Assembly: GCA_036172245.1 (NCBI GenBank) | Contig: JAYWIR010000018.1 | Span: forward strand, 682,001-746,000 | Source of the DNA: Raillietiella orientalis | Lineage: Eukaryota | Length of the DNA: 64,000 nucleotides | Direction: 5' to 3' | Part shown: positions 12,204-26,100 of the stretch, piece by piece | How positions within the stretch are numbered: the stretch's first letter is position 1 | How the letters are laid out: the number at the start of each line of letters is the position of its first letter | Program-made: the position numbers and the translations under genes | The notes under the pieces: model-generated | Database searches by the model: none | Told to the model about the DNA's origin: nothing | The model's input: only the letters and a program-made list of their open reading frames with translations

Positions 12204-12829
12204 TCCGGGCGGCCTGATCCCGAGGCTCGCAGAAGAGCAGCTCCTTCTCCCCTCCCCTGCGCGAGTGCCCCCAGGAATTCTGCGGAACCCAGTACGACGG
12301 ACGTCGCCTTTCCGTTGGGGTGATCTGCGACGACTCCCGTCTGCAGGCGGCGAAATAAACCGGCAGCGTAGCCACGAAGCAGCCGTGCGGGTTGGCAAGG
12401 GTGGACGCGGGCGGGGCCAGGAAAGAGGTGGGCTGTCAAGGGAGTTCCTTGCCGCGGAGGCTTCTTTACAGTCGCAGCACGCGCCACCTTCGGTGGCATG
12501 AGGTCTGCGGCGCGGACAGGACGGCCTTCCTTTACGCTTAGCAGATCCTTTATCTGAGAGCACGCCAGATGCAGAAGCAGCAGAACAGACGGCTGCAGTT
12601 TAGGAACCATCGCGGCCCTCTCCTAGGAGACAGTGCCAGGAGCACGGCTTTCACGGTAGCTTAGCTTACTGCTAGCAAGGAAGCAGCAACTCTTTTCCTC
12701 CTCCTCTGTACGGTTGAGGGGCTCCCCAGGCTTGGGGGTCCCTCATCCGGATCGGCGGAGCGTCGCGACCGTCGACGGGAAAGACCCCCCCTTCTCGGGA
12801 GTGTCGCTCCTGGTGGAAACCACGCGATC

Positions 12830-13720
12830 TACAAACCTTGCGGCTTCTCCACCTCGCTACGGCGCAAGAGGATCTCCTGCAACGTAGTAAAGCTGTCGCA
12901 GCTCAGCAGCTGCAAACGCTTCCTACCCCTGGACCTAAGGCCAGAGGCTCTTTCCCCCAGGTTTCTAAGATGCCCTCCGGGTAAGCAGCTCTCTCCTGCT
13001 GAGCTGTTTGCTTGCTCTTGTGCAGCCTGCCAGTTCCTGTGCAACCGCCTTCGTCCGCAGTTCCTGTCCAAAGGAAGGGCAAAGCTGTCACTGATGTTTG
13101 GTTTCTTCCTTTTCGTATCCTCCCCAGGAAGTTCGCCCTTTCCTCCACCATCCCGCCTTCGTATCCCTCAGCATCCTGGCAATTCGTTTCCTGGATAGCC
13201 TGCAATCTCCTGCTAATCGAAGAAAACGAGGTGTTCAGTCACGTCTCTTCGGTGCTTCCCCTTCCCGAACGACCGTGAAGTCTCGGTAAGCTGAGCGGGA
13301 GGGCAGGCAGCTACCTTGCAGCTAATGTCAGAAATAGGAGAGGCAGAAGGGACGGATAAGATTCGTTTCTTCGCAGAGGGTGGTTGTGGCAGGAAGAGAA
13401 CTTGCATCAGTCAATCCCCGAAACCCTCTCAGAGATCGTCTACCCGGTCCCCTCGCTTGGGAAAGAGCCCGAAACCCTCTCTTCCGCCACCTCTCCATCC
13501 ATTGAGGAGCACACTACTTGTGTTCGTCCTCGGACACCACAGCTACAGGACAGCTGGCCGCTAGATGCACCGCGCACACATATCAGGGTGCGCAAATTGT
13601 TGCCAACAGCTTTCTGAAGAATGCCGTACCTGGAAACATCTTTCCCTCGCTCGGTTCTTCACGAGCAGCAACAAATTCTGCACCAGGAAGCCACATCGAG
13701 AAATAGCCCAAGTGGGCTTC
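12830..13720 (-). mobile_element. Decayed non-LTR retrotransposon 5' fragment (gag zinc knuckles followed by APE endonuclease start)
   Basis: ERCFQVRHSSESC...MCARC resembles tandem CCHC knuckles. Downstream QAIQETNC...GY resembles the APE ALQET motif. Frame-broken. Confidence 0.3.
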
Positions 13721-14116
13721 AAGCATTTACAGGAGGCTACTAGAGCCCCCCCCCCCCCGGTTGTAACAAAGCAGCCCCGTATCAAGGAGCGATCCACAAA
13801 AGGAAAAAAAAAAAAAAACATTTGACGTGTAATGGCGTCCGCCGTCAGTAGAAAACAGGAACGTATGGCACGCAGATTGAGCACATGATGTACGTGTACG
13901 TGTGTGTGTGTATGTGTGTGTTCGTATATGTGCAAGCATGCGTTTTTCGTATTCTTCGCGCATTGATTCAGAACACACGGATAAAAAAAAAAGGGGGGAA
14001 GGGGAACAATGGGAAGAGGGAGGTAACTGAGATATGTAAGAGGGCAAGGAGGGGGAAGGAGAATCTCATAGGAACAGGTACTTGAGACTAGGTCGACTCC
14101 GGGGACAAAACTGTGA

Positions 14117-17100
14117 CTAGCTGTTGCTGCCTTGATCTAACTGCAGCCGTGGAACGCAGTAGTTGTCGCGACTACAAGGGAACATGATTGATGGTGACGG
14201 AGACTTCCTTGGTGGGATGGGTGGTGGAAGAGGGCTGGAGTCCGCAGGGGCGGCGGCGAACACCGGAAGCTCGGCACTACTCTGACTCTACGGGAAAACC
14301 CAAGGAAAGTTACGCATCTATCATCTGGGAACTCTTTCCTACCTTCTTATAGCTCTTCTTAGGTAGTGCTGGGGGATCACTGCTAATGCTACTGGTGCTG
14401 CTGGTGGCAACAGATTCACTGCTGTCTTGCAGGACAACAACACGGAAGGGCACACCCTTCTCCAGAGAATGCCCAAACCTTCCACCACCCAGGAAGCGTG
14501 GCAGAAGTGGTGGACATTCCTCAGAGTGTGGGCGGCCTGACAGCTGGCGACCATCAGGGGGCTCACCCACACCACCCAGAGACAGGGAGCGTGCACTGCT
14601 ACGCAGGGGAAGAGGTGGTGCCAGACTTTCTCCATCCTGCTGTCCCAAGAAGAGAATTGTCCCCTCCTTCCTCACAACTGTTCTTCTCCCAAGGCTACTG
14701 ACCCCCAGTTTTGTGTATATCCAGTCGCACTCCTCGTCAGAGACTTCCTTTAACTTTTGCTCCTGGGGCTGCAAGGGCACAGGTGGCAGTGGGGTGCTGG
14801 AGAAAAATGGGAGTAATGTGCCTCTAGGAATGCAGCAGGGAACTCACTGCACAATGCTGGGCCTCTTCCAATCATGACCAAGGATTGTCCGCACAAAGTC
14901 CTTCTTCTGCCCAAGAGACACTTCATGCAGACGCTGGTGCAATGGGCGCATCCCAGCAGGGATGAGCGTCTCATGAAGCTGCAAGCCTTGTTCAACGATC
15001 TGCAGCTGGTCACTGATCAGTGACAGCAACAGAGACACTTCTGTAGATTTCCTCTGCAATGCCTGCTCATCCAGAAAGGCCTCCCGGTACTTAAAAATGC
15101 CTCCATTGACATTAGCATCGATGATTCCCTGCAAGAAATAGAGACAGTGACCAAAAGGATTGCAGGAGTTTCTCCCTCCTCATTTCTCCCTTCCTGGGAA
15201 GCAAGCAAACCTGCAGCTTCATGCTGAGGATGTTCACATTCTTAGTAGTATCTGACGTGAATTCTCGGATAAGCTGTCTGAGCTCGCGGTTCTTCTCTTC
15301 CAGCTGCTCACATGCCACTTGGATGGGAGAGACTTCCTCAACAGTCATCTGCTGCACTTCCAGCCAGCGAAGGATGCTTGGGAATGAGCCATTAGTCACC
15401 AGAGTCGTTTGAGCCAGCCACAGTGTCTGCAAAGAGTGTGTACAGTGAGCTTGCTGCCTCTAATCCCATACCAACCTTGAACTCATTCTCATCATTTACA
15501 GCTCCACGGTGAAAAGGACGGCTGTGCTGGAACCGGTGGACTTGGTTCACCTGATAGTAAGCACGCACACGTTCTGGGACTTCTGCGAAGTTGTCATCCA
15601 GAAGTGGCTTCACTGTGCACACCTGCAGGAACTGCTTATCCGAGGCACGCAAGTCATTGTCATCAGCAGTGCTGCTGACACGCAGAAACTGAGCACCACT
15701 GAATTCACCTGCCAGGCGCATCTGGAAGTCATTGATGCGTTCATACTCAAGGCCACGGAACACAAAGGTCCTGTCCTGCAATATGAAGGAAAAGAAGGGG
15801 AGATAAACTGTGGCTTCTTCCAGGGATCAGCTCACCCTCAGAAATGATGGAAACCCTTTGCCCCAGAAGGCCACCCGGAAATATTCTGGTTCTGGACGGA
15901 TCTGTGTCAAAATGTTTTCACAAAACTGGGCCTGCTTGCGTAGGATGGCAGCTAGCTTATCATAGTCAAAGAGCACCCGCTCATACAAGTCAGCCAGCTC
16001 CTTGCAAAGAGGGAAACCCTCCTCCCAGCACTGCAACACACACATTCCTTGCATGGGAGAAGGGAGGGAGAGTTGGGTTTCCCCTTTACCTTTCCCTTGT
16101 CTAGGTAATCCAAGATGCGCAGATAGAGGCGCTCTTTTCTCTGCCACTCCTGCTGACCAGGGTACAACAAGTCAGCATGGAGGGTCACATGGCTCCAGCT
16201 CAGCAAAGAGGCATGTAGCTGCAGAGTACAGGCAGCCTCTGTGTGGTCACCAGCCAGCACATGCAGGTCATGCAACTTGTAAATGTAGCGTACATACATC
16301 TCCTTCCGGTTGATCTCATCCCTATAAAAGTTCTGATGCCAAGAAGAGGTGAGAAGTCTTGCTGCCCTTCCATCCATCCTACCAAGAGCTTTACAGTGCA
16401 GCTTATCCGCTGGATGAGACCCTGCTGGCTGCGGGTCACATGCCTGTAGTCAAGGAGGCATTCCATAAGCCGGTTCACCGAGCTTACAAATGTGGAAATG
16501 AGATCCTGCCAGCAAGGCTGTGCTTCCCGTACCCGGTCCATCAATCTACAATCAGAAGAGGCTAGCATTTCAGGTGAGAACTGAAGCAAGCACCTCACAT
16601 CTTATGGAAGGTGATCCGGTAGTCATTGTCTCCTTTGTCCTCACTGACCAGAATGTCCAGCTTATCAATGATCTCCGCTTCCACCTAAGGACATGGGTTA
16701 GTTAACTCTCTGGTGATGCCTAACGGGTGGCTACCTGCCGGAAGTTCCCTCTTTGCTGCAATTCCATGTGGATAAGGTCGAAAAAAATGGGGATGATCGT
16801 GCAGCGCACCTCATGCACAGGCAACAGAGAGAGATCCAAGAAAGGGCGGGCAATGGCCGGAAGGAAGAGCACTTTGTTCTGACCCAGAAGGGTCCACACT
16901 CTCAACAAGTGGTGTGCCATTGGGGTACGCATGTCACCATGTTTCTCTAGTGCCTTTGCACACTTGGCATCAGAAAACTTCTCCAGCTGGAGGGAATCCT
17001 GGATGCTGAATGCGACACACAGGTTTAGGTAATCCGTCCAGAGCTACAAAAAAAGCAACAGGAGCATGTAGAGTTGCTTGGAACCAGGAAAGGATTTAAG

Positions 17101-20100
17101 GAATGCATGGAGGCACTGTGATCTGGTTACCTGCAAGTTAAATGAGCAGGCATCATTGAACTTCTTCAACAGCAAGGAAGATAGAGCCTGCAATATTGTC
17201 AACAGCAATCTGGAGAAGAAAAATGCTCTTTGTTATTCATTTTTTCAAGATGAAGCAGCCTTTGGTACCTGTTGCTGATCATCTTCATCACATACCAGTC
17301 ACTGGGATACAAAGTCTCTTTGACAACTTCACGCAAGACACTGAACAGCTGTGTCAGAAACTCCTTGAAGGCAGTGCTGTCTTCATAGTTGTCCCACAAA
17401 CAGTCGTACTGTGATGTCTGCAGCAACCCCAGCAATCCGATCAAGCACGTGATAACATTGGCCTTCACGGACACACACAACAAGTGCGTGCCTTGAAACG
17501 CTCGTTCTTCTGCAAAATCGGAACCCACTTTTGGTTGCAGGGTGTTCTCTGTGCTAAGGGCGAGCAGCACGAGGACCTCCGTGAAGCTAGCATGAAGAAC
17601 CTTCATCTCCATGAAGAAGTCGTCCGTTGCGATAGTAGAGTTGATTTGGGCGTAATGGTACAGTTTGATCAGCTCCTCAACAACCTCCAGGCACAGAGGA
17701 ACCTCCTTCTTCGCGTACATCAATATGCGCGTCTGTTCCGAGATGAGCGGTAGCAGGAGCTGGCGGGCATCTTTATTTCATTGGGGAGGGAGAGCTTTCA
17801 GGTGCTGGCAGGGAAGGCGAGGAGGAGGCAAGGGAAGGGAGAGATGATGACTACCTGTGGCAACGAAAAAGCTTCCTTTGATGATCTGCAGGAAGGCTTG
17901 TAGCTTGGCTTGCTGGAGCTTCTGGGCGGGATGCACTGGCAAGGCCAGGAGCACATCGTAGAGAAGGTTGGCACAGCAGTTTGTTGGCAGAACCTCGGAG
18001 AGAATCTGACAGATCCCGTTGATGGAGTTGAGAACCATCCTCTGAAGATCCAGGAGGACCGCATTGCTGCTTCCTGAAGTGCCGAGGAGCCCGATAAGGG
18101 CCTTGAACAGGCCATGCACAGATTGGAGGAACAGGTGCGTGTCCATATCGCCATTGGCACGCAGGAACAGCAGCTGCGATTGCACGATGCACTTCATCAG
18201 GTACTCGAGCATCTTCAAAGTGCAGCCCGTGTGTTCTCTGGCGTTTCTCTCGGAAGCTGCGCACTCGAGCTTGTTCTGAATGCACTTCATCAGCAGCCTG
18301 GGCAGCAAGGAGAGGGAAAAGGAAATCAGGGCTATCGCACAATCAGTTTCTCGACTCACTGAGAAACCAGGGCGGCGGAAAAGTGCTCCTGGATGTACTT
18401 GTCTAAGACGGGCTTGAAGTGCTCGAACTTGCTGGAATCCAGGATGCTGAAAATGGATATCTGGAACCAGATGGGGGGTGGACAGAAGGAAGAGGAGAGG
18501 GGAGGCAAACGTCAGAATGCCGGCTGAGCGAGGTGAACCGGACGTACGATGACGTGGAAGACCTCGTCGGTGTACGGTGAAGGGGAGCCATCCTCCGCAG
18601 CGAACATGCCGAACAGCGCATCCAGGATGTCCTGCAGAAACTTCACGATCTCCTGCCCGTCGAGCTTGTGGATCCTCTTCAGGGTGTCCATGAGGTCGGT
18701 CTGGCAATTGCGCCACTTCAGGAGGGACAGCAAATCGCCTGGAGGATCAGAAAAATGGTACTGGAAGGTCCGATTCCCGACTTCCCTACTCTCCACTCAC
18801 TGTTCTGGGTCAGCTTCGTGGAGTACAGCCTGGAAACGATGGTAACGTACTCCTTGTTGCTATGGTGGAACTGCTGCTGAGAGGGACTGGATGGTGATGA
18901 AGAGCAGTCCTTGGAGACGTGCAGCCACTGAAGCTTAAGATATGATGAAGGATTCTGCAGAAGGTTTCTGTTATCGCATCTGTACAGCACAAGATCATGG
19001 TGCCCATCTCCCAGGACAACACCGTCATCGTTCATTAATGGTGAAAATGCAAAGCCGAGCATCTTCCTTTCAGTCTTTTCCTTTGCTGAGGGAACGGAGG
19101 GAGAGGGGGACGGGGAGTGAAGAAGAGGAGAAGAGGCTCAGTTGACGATTCTTTCCACGATCTTAAATCATACTTGAGCAATGGAAGAACTCCAGGCGCA
19201 AGTGGGCATCCGCGAACCGATCGATGGGGAGGGAGATACGAACTGTCTCCACCCACTTGGGGCTGTTGTTGTGATATACGATGAAGGAATGAAACACGCT
19301 GCTTGGCTCGGCTCCTGCTGCCTTCCAGATAAAATTCTGTTTTCGAAGATGGGATAAGGAAACAAAAGGGTTGGGCAAAATTTTTTTCAGTGTTACCGCG
19401 TTGGCTTACCGGGATGACCACTCCGCGAGAGTCCAAGAGTTGCATGGTCACTTCTATGTTCTTTCCAATGGACTTGCCTCCTTTTTCGAACTCTCCCTTT
19501 TCCAACGTTATGTAAAGATCGCTTCTGACGTCACCCGGCATGATCACATCAGCAAAGCCCAACTTACGCGTTGCGACCAAATTTTTCAACAGGGAAGGGT
19601 TGTTCTGAGTGAGAATGTCTATGTCTCCATATATCAACTTTAGAGACACGCGGACCTCTGTAACGAAAGAGAGAAAAAAAACGCCAACGGTGGCGAGAAG
19701 CGCGTTAACCCACTTCCTCCCTCTTCACCCTATTTCGTACCGCAGTTGTTCTGGTTGGACAAGGGGCTGTACTTGCCGCTCATCTTCCGGAGCAGCAGTT
19801 CGGGGAAGGCGTGGAAGTCCCTCTCCTCGCACTGGTACAGCCTTAAGGAGAATTCTTGCTCTCCATCATTGTGCTCTCCCACGACGGAAGCTATCCTTGT
19901 CACCCCGCAGCCGTAAGGTCTTCGGAATGTCTGACCGTGGTGCTTCCTCTGCGAATCCGCCACGATCATCCTTCCGGACCTCATCACGTAGCAGACCAGG
20001 TATAGTTCCTCGCAGAGGTCCGAGACTCCCAGATCCTGTAGCCAACGACGAAAACGTCAAGATCCCGGGGAAGAAGCGCCGGCAAGGGAAAGGCCGACGA

Positions 20101-23100
20101 ATTCACGAGACACTGCCCCCCCTCCCCACCCCTCACTCGGACAAGTCGCCGAGCGGCGGCAAGAAGCCAGGAAACCTTCTTCCCTTTCCAGAAAGGGAAG
20201 AAGGAAGGCACGCGGATGCGATAACCTGGAAACGGCAATTCGAGGATGAAACCGTGGTTTTTCTTGCCCTTCGAGGATGCGGCTGCCCAAGAGTCGAATT
20301 CCTATATGGAGGAAGAAATGTGGCAACCGGCTGGTGCAAGAAGCGACGCGCAGACCGCAACGCGGGTGCACTTCGAGCCAATAGCATCCATCGCTTCCCG
20401 AAAGTGTCACGCATTCCAAAGGCCATGAACCCAGAATCGAGCCGCCAGGGTTCCCTTGGCTGCCCATTCTGGATGACAATGTGAATTTCTTCCCCACCGG
20501 TGGATCGCCGTGCCTTCAGAAGGGGTACTGCAATGCGCGGTGGGATACATTATGGTAAGCTCGCAAGGGCTTAACAACGAGGTACGTGTGGGAACTTTGA
20601 GCTTATAGGGGACAGGGAGCGGCTTGCATGTCGGGCACAAGTCTGCGCCACTGCGCTACTATTCGGGGAGGAGGACACTGGCAGCAGCATCCAGGAGCAC
20701 ACCATCCGCTTGCCGAAACTGCCCTTTACTCTTTTCCGATATGCATGTGCCCCCTCCTCCTTCCGGGGTGTGCTAAGACACCCAACCTACAGATTTTCCG
20801 GTATTCGACCATTCCAGGTTCGAGCCTTCCGGCAAAACTAAGCAAGAAAAGAGAGGAGCGGTTGCCTGGAAATCTAAGGCGGTCGTTTCCTCCGGGTAGC
20901 TCTTCGGCAGCAGGGGCGCTCGCATGACGACGAAAGATTGTGAGCGTTTCTCGAGGGAGCCACGGCAGAATATCAACGTCATATGGTGGGCCAACACACG
21001 GCAAGTTCCGAAGAGACCAAGAACTCTCCGAGAACCGAGTCGAAACGGTTTGAGACGGTCCAAGAAGTCCCGCTTCCCACTTCTGGATTTTCGCGTCCAC
21101 GACAACCCGGGAGTGCGGCCCGCAGCAGCCGAGCTTCTTCCTGACCGGACCGTTGGCGTCGCTTCGGTCTCTAGGAAAGGCAGCCACGCAGCGAGACATT
21201 GAGACCGACTTGGCGAAAAGAAAGATCGCATCAGTCGCTCGCCTGTAGTGGTCGTCAGGCCAAAGGAGGAGGAGGAGCAGTAGGCCGTGTCAATGGGCGA
21301 GCGCAGGAACCGATTGGACTTCCGACAACCGCTCTTGGTGCCCTGAAGGGAAAGTCCAGAAACGAGCGCAGGATGGGCGCCAAGGCGCGGATGCGGGTCT
21401 CTTCCTCGAGGTTTGCCGCTCCACGAGCGCGATTAGTGCAGGTACGCGGCGATCGCTCACGCCGTCAAGTCAGTCCGTCCCGCCAGATTCCTCGGCACAA
21501 CCATCTGAAGCACTCACGGTAAAAATGGTGGCCTCCAAAACGCGGCGCTCGCTGGCGGCCGCCGATGCTGCCGATGTTTCGTGGGGGGAAAACACCAAGA
21601 ACCGCTCGCTGGAGAAAAGGGAAAACCACATGAGTCGGTGTGCAAATTTGAAAATTCAAAAATCTTCGGGGAGGGGGGGGGGGGAGAAGGCGCACCTGAT
21701 GAACCTGCTGCTGTTGGCTCCATACAGAGAGAAGAAGAGCTCCAGGTCGTCTGCTGAGCAGCACAGGAAACTTCTCAGGCAGAAGTATAAGTGACAGTTG
21801 AGGACCTTGCCGCTAGCACGCCGCTTCATGGTCCCCCTCGTCTTACGAAGCAAAGGAGTGGTGGGTCCAGCGGACTCCTTTCCAGCAAGCAGAAAGAAAT
21901 ACTCACCGATGCGTTCTTGGACATCTCGCTGCTCTCCAGATGCTGGAAAACACATTTTTCGTCGGGATTAGCGCACGGGCCAGCGAGTTGCCAGCATTCG
22001 CAATATCACAAGAAAATGGTGAGCAAGGGGGAGCAGCGCCGTGAAGCAGCACCGGCACCTTTGGCGGGCATCCGTGGTTCGCGACACAGCGTTCGTCCCC
22101 TAGGAACAGGGTATAGGATACACCGGCGGATTTCCGCATAACGGAGCGCAAGGAGAGCCAACCACCAGCATTGTGAGGAAGGGACATGCCTAGAGGGTCC
22201 GGAAAGGGAGTGCAAGCGAGAAGTTTCGAACTCGTTTAGACGCATCAACGAAATCGTCCCGTTGCCGTGGGCGAGGGAACTTCCGGAAGAAAAAAGTTTC
22301 ACTGATCCGAAACAGCAACTCCCCCCCTCCCCCGAAGCGAGAGGCTCGCGCGACGACGATGACCCTCGCTTTCGTGGGCGTAGCACGGAAGTCCGCTTCG
22401 GAGACGACCGGCGGGAAGGTCGTCGCCCACGCAGCAGCAGAAGCCGCGTGCAGATCTTTGCTGGGATAGAATGACGGGACAAAAAGCAAAAGCCGGCGCT
22501 GGACGCTTGCGTCTTCCAAACCAAAGTCAAACTTCCTGCTACTAGCACCCTCTCCGGAGGAGGAAGGATGGAAGCACCACCCGGAAATCATCTCCAAAAG
22601 ACGGTATGCAAAGCGTCTCACGCAGCCAAACCCGAGACCGTTATCGCTATGCCCTCTCTTGCAAGGCGCCGCACGTCCCGCTGCGGACGCGCATCTCGGC
22701 TCCAGAGAAGCTTTGGAGGCGCTCTTCTCTTTGGATGGACAAGCCCGCCCTTTTCCTCTGACCACCTTTGATGGCGAGACTATCCACGGATGGACGCGAG
22801 CAGTCTTGGCTCTGAGGGCACTTCGAATGGCTTCTTTTGGACTCGTAAAAGAGGATTCCGGGTCCCCCGCGCATGCATACCCTGGTAGCCCAGGGGTGAA
22901 TGGAGAGAGTTCCTTTGAGGCGGAACGGCTGACCCCCGAGTCCTCAGCGTTTTCAGAAAGAAGCGTAAGGATGAGATGGAGGAACCATCCGAGAGCGAAC
23001 CACTGGAGCAGTCCCCTTGCTCTGGAGGCTCACAAGACACGGAGATGCCCCTCTCGGTCAAACTCGCCCTTTTCTGAATTTCACCAAAGCGCACAGCAGC

Positions 23101-26100
23101 AGCAGGCATCTCTTTAGAGTCTGAACCGAGCAGCGCTGTCTCTGCTTTCATCTGGTCTGAGAGCTCTGCCAAAGAAAAAGAGGATGCGGACTGTATGATT
23201 CTTCGAGGGACGCCCTCCCTTGCTGATCCTAGGTGCTGACGGAAATCCAAAGTTCTATGTCAAGATGGGAAGAGAAAGGGGTGCACACTAATAACGAATG
23301 CAGTCTGTCCTTTGGGAGACTACCGGGAGATCTGCTGGACTCCTACTCCCACCTTGAGGGATATTGGTGTCACTCTTATTCCTTCGTCCCACTCCTGCTC
23401 GTTCTCTTCGTCTTTCCACGGAATCACTCGCAAGCCTTTGAATCGCGCACGACATGAGGACCGCCCTAAGGGAAGGGCTCGACGTCGTGGACGCTCGCGA
23501 ATCAATCGAAAGATAGGGCCACTACCAAGGAACGCAATGGCACCGCCCAAGCCAGCATGTAACCAACCCAGGTGCCAGCGAGCCGTTGGAAGACCTGCGT
23601 GCCCCTATCCACCCTACTTCTCCTCCCACCCTCTTCCGGATATTCAACACATATGCAACCACAGGACCCTGAGATGAAGAAGACCGCTGCAACGCGACGA
23701 CAGCCGCCATGATCCACTGGCTGGCGAAGAACTCGAGGAGTGGAGATTTCGCTGCCGCCGCCGATGGAGAGAGGAATCTGGCGGCCTCAAAAGGAAATCC
23801 CGCGAAGGCTGTGCACGGTCTTTCAAGGATGGCGGGTTGTACGCGACAGTGGCGCTTCCATGGCGTGACTGAGCAGTCTTTCGAGAAAGAAAGGGAGGAG
23901 GAAGAAAAACAAAGCAGACCTCGTGAGCGTGACAGCAGTCTGCGAAGCCACCCCCGCACCCCCATACGCAAAGAATACGGAAGCAACCACGGCTTTCCGT
24001 GGAGATGGCACACAGAGCCACGTGGAGGGCGCGATCCCGCTTTGGGTGGGGTCGAGGGTAACAAGGCAGTTTACGGTCTCGGAGAACGGGGAGGAGCGGA
24101 TGGCTGCCTCGGTTTCACCCGGGTCAGGGTATATTTTTAGCACATCAAAAAATGAAGAAGGGAGGGAGCAGGGGCAACGCGATGAGTCGCAAGCCGAAGC
24201 TCCACTCACGCATGTGCGAGACGCCTCCGCATGCCGGGGAAGCCACGGCTGCGAGCAGACCCGGAAGTCGCTGGGGTTTCTATCGGGAGGCGGCAGCGGA
24301 GGACGATAGCGCCCAGGGGGATGAAAGGACAGCCACAGATGCGCGCGCGCAAGGGCATGTGAACACGAAAGGGGGCAGACTCGGCGTGTGAGAAATAAGC
24401 ACAGGCGAACCGGACCGGGGGCACATCGACGCCAACACGTACTCTCGAAATAGACCTCTCTTTCTCTCTCTTTGAGACCCCAAAAAGATCGCTCAACGCT
24501 AAGGCGCGGGTTAGAACGCGTCGGGAGGAAACGGCGCTAGTTCGGCGTCACAGCAACCGTTCCATCTGCTGGGGAGCGCACGCGAATGATGCCAGGGCAC
24601 GTGAACAGAGGTCCAGTTCCTGCCGAGTGAAGCCCGCACAACCTTGAAGGAGAACCCGAGGCCTGTCTCCGGGGTGAAACAATTCTATTCTGCCCTCCAC
24701 TTCGCCGGGTCATACCCGAGGAAGTGGAAAAGTTGGAGGAGTGTCGGGAGGGCGGGGCACAGCGCATCCGCCCGCGCCCATACACATCTCCACGGCGGGG
24801 TCTGTCTCTGGTACCCGCCACTTACCATCCGATACAGCTCCACGCAGCTGATGTCGTCCGGATTCACGGCTTCTGAGTGCACCCTTGGGACGAGGTCCAG
24901 TCCCAGTTTCCTGACGAGAGTGTGCGAAAAGGGGTAGGGGTGAGCCGGGGTCGACGTCCTTACCGGTTGCCCCAGTCGATCTTGCTGGTGATTTTCATCT
25001 TTAACTCCCTGATCTGGTCCTGGGTGAAAGTGCCGGTGATGAGCTGTCTCCGCCACTCCATGAGCTCCAGCATAACAATGCGCAGCACCTCGAACAGGTT
25101 GGCGTTGCGGCGCTGCACGGATCCAGAGGAGAGAGAGAGAGACAGCAGGTCTCCATATCAGCGGGCGCCAGGGACAGCAGCCAGCGGACTCACCACGTAC
25201 ACCTCCTTCCAGATGGGGCTCCATTCCTTGAGAACGGAGGAGATCTCCTGCGCTAGCGCATCGTCGTTGCCCAGCGTCCTGGGAAGAGAGGAGATCCAGC
25301 GTTCCGCGACAGAATCGCCAGCACCGCCGGTTCCTCACTCCGAGATAGAATGAAGAAAGACGCGCTTTCGCCTGCCTACTCCACCCCCACCCCCGTTCCC
25401 CGAAAGCGAAAGTCGGCGCTGCATCTTCGCGATGAAGGGGGAGAGGACATCCATTCCCACATTCCCATTCGGAGCACCCTTACGACAGACAGGCGTTCGG
25501 TGGGGTGGGTTTCTGAAACAGGAAAGAAAGTCGGGTTGGGTGGGAGGGAGCGCAAGAGTCATGTCAGGCACGGGGGCGGAGGCATGGAGGGAACTAACGA
25601 TCCCAGGAACTGATCGGGGAAGAGGGGGCACCGCTGGAGGGAAGGCTAAACGGGGCCTTGGGAAACTTCCTCACGCCCCGGTGGCGATTTTCGGGCGGAA
25701 TGAGGGATCACCCCTGTAAAGGGGGAGGTCAGCCGCAGCAGGTGAAAGAAGTCCGACCACAAAAACCTCCCGACCGACGGGCATCTTCCGTCCGGGGAGC
25801 GCGAAGTCACAAGAATTCTGGGGTCGAAGATGGGCAGGTCGTGCGAAACGCTGCAGGCAGGCAGGGGGAGAAACCAACCGCGGACCCCGGGGAGGGCAAC
25901 CACGTTCCGTAGAGAAGCCCGGCAACAGGAGAATCTCTCCAAGCAAAAGTGTGCTCTGTTCCCGCTTCCAGCCAGTTTCCGTCTTGTGCTGCGCAGAGCA
26001 CAAGACAGAAAGGAGGGGGGGGGGGGGCGCGACCCAATCTGAAGGCGCGCGCCACATATCTCGGAACGCCCTACCGACGGTACGGGAAAAAAGGAACGAA

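Noticed and set aside
19609..20484. 291-aa + strand ORF and other ORFs antisense to DOCK exons
   Set aside because: Shadow frames of DOCK coding sequence.
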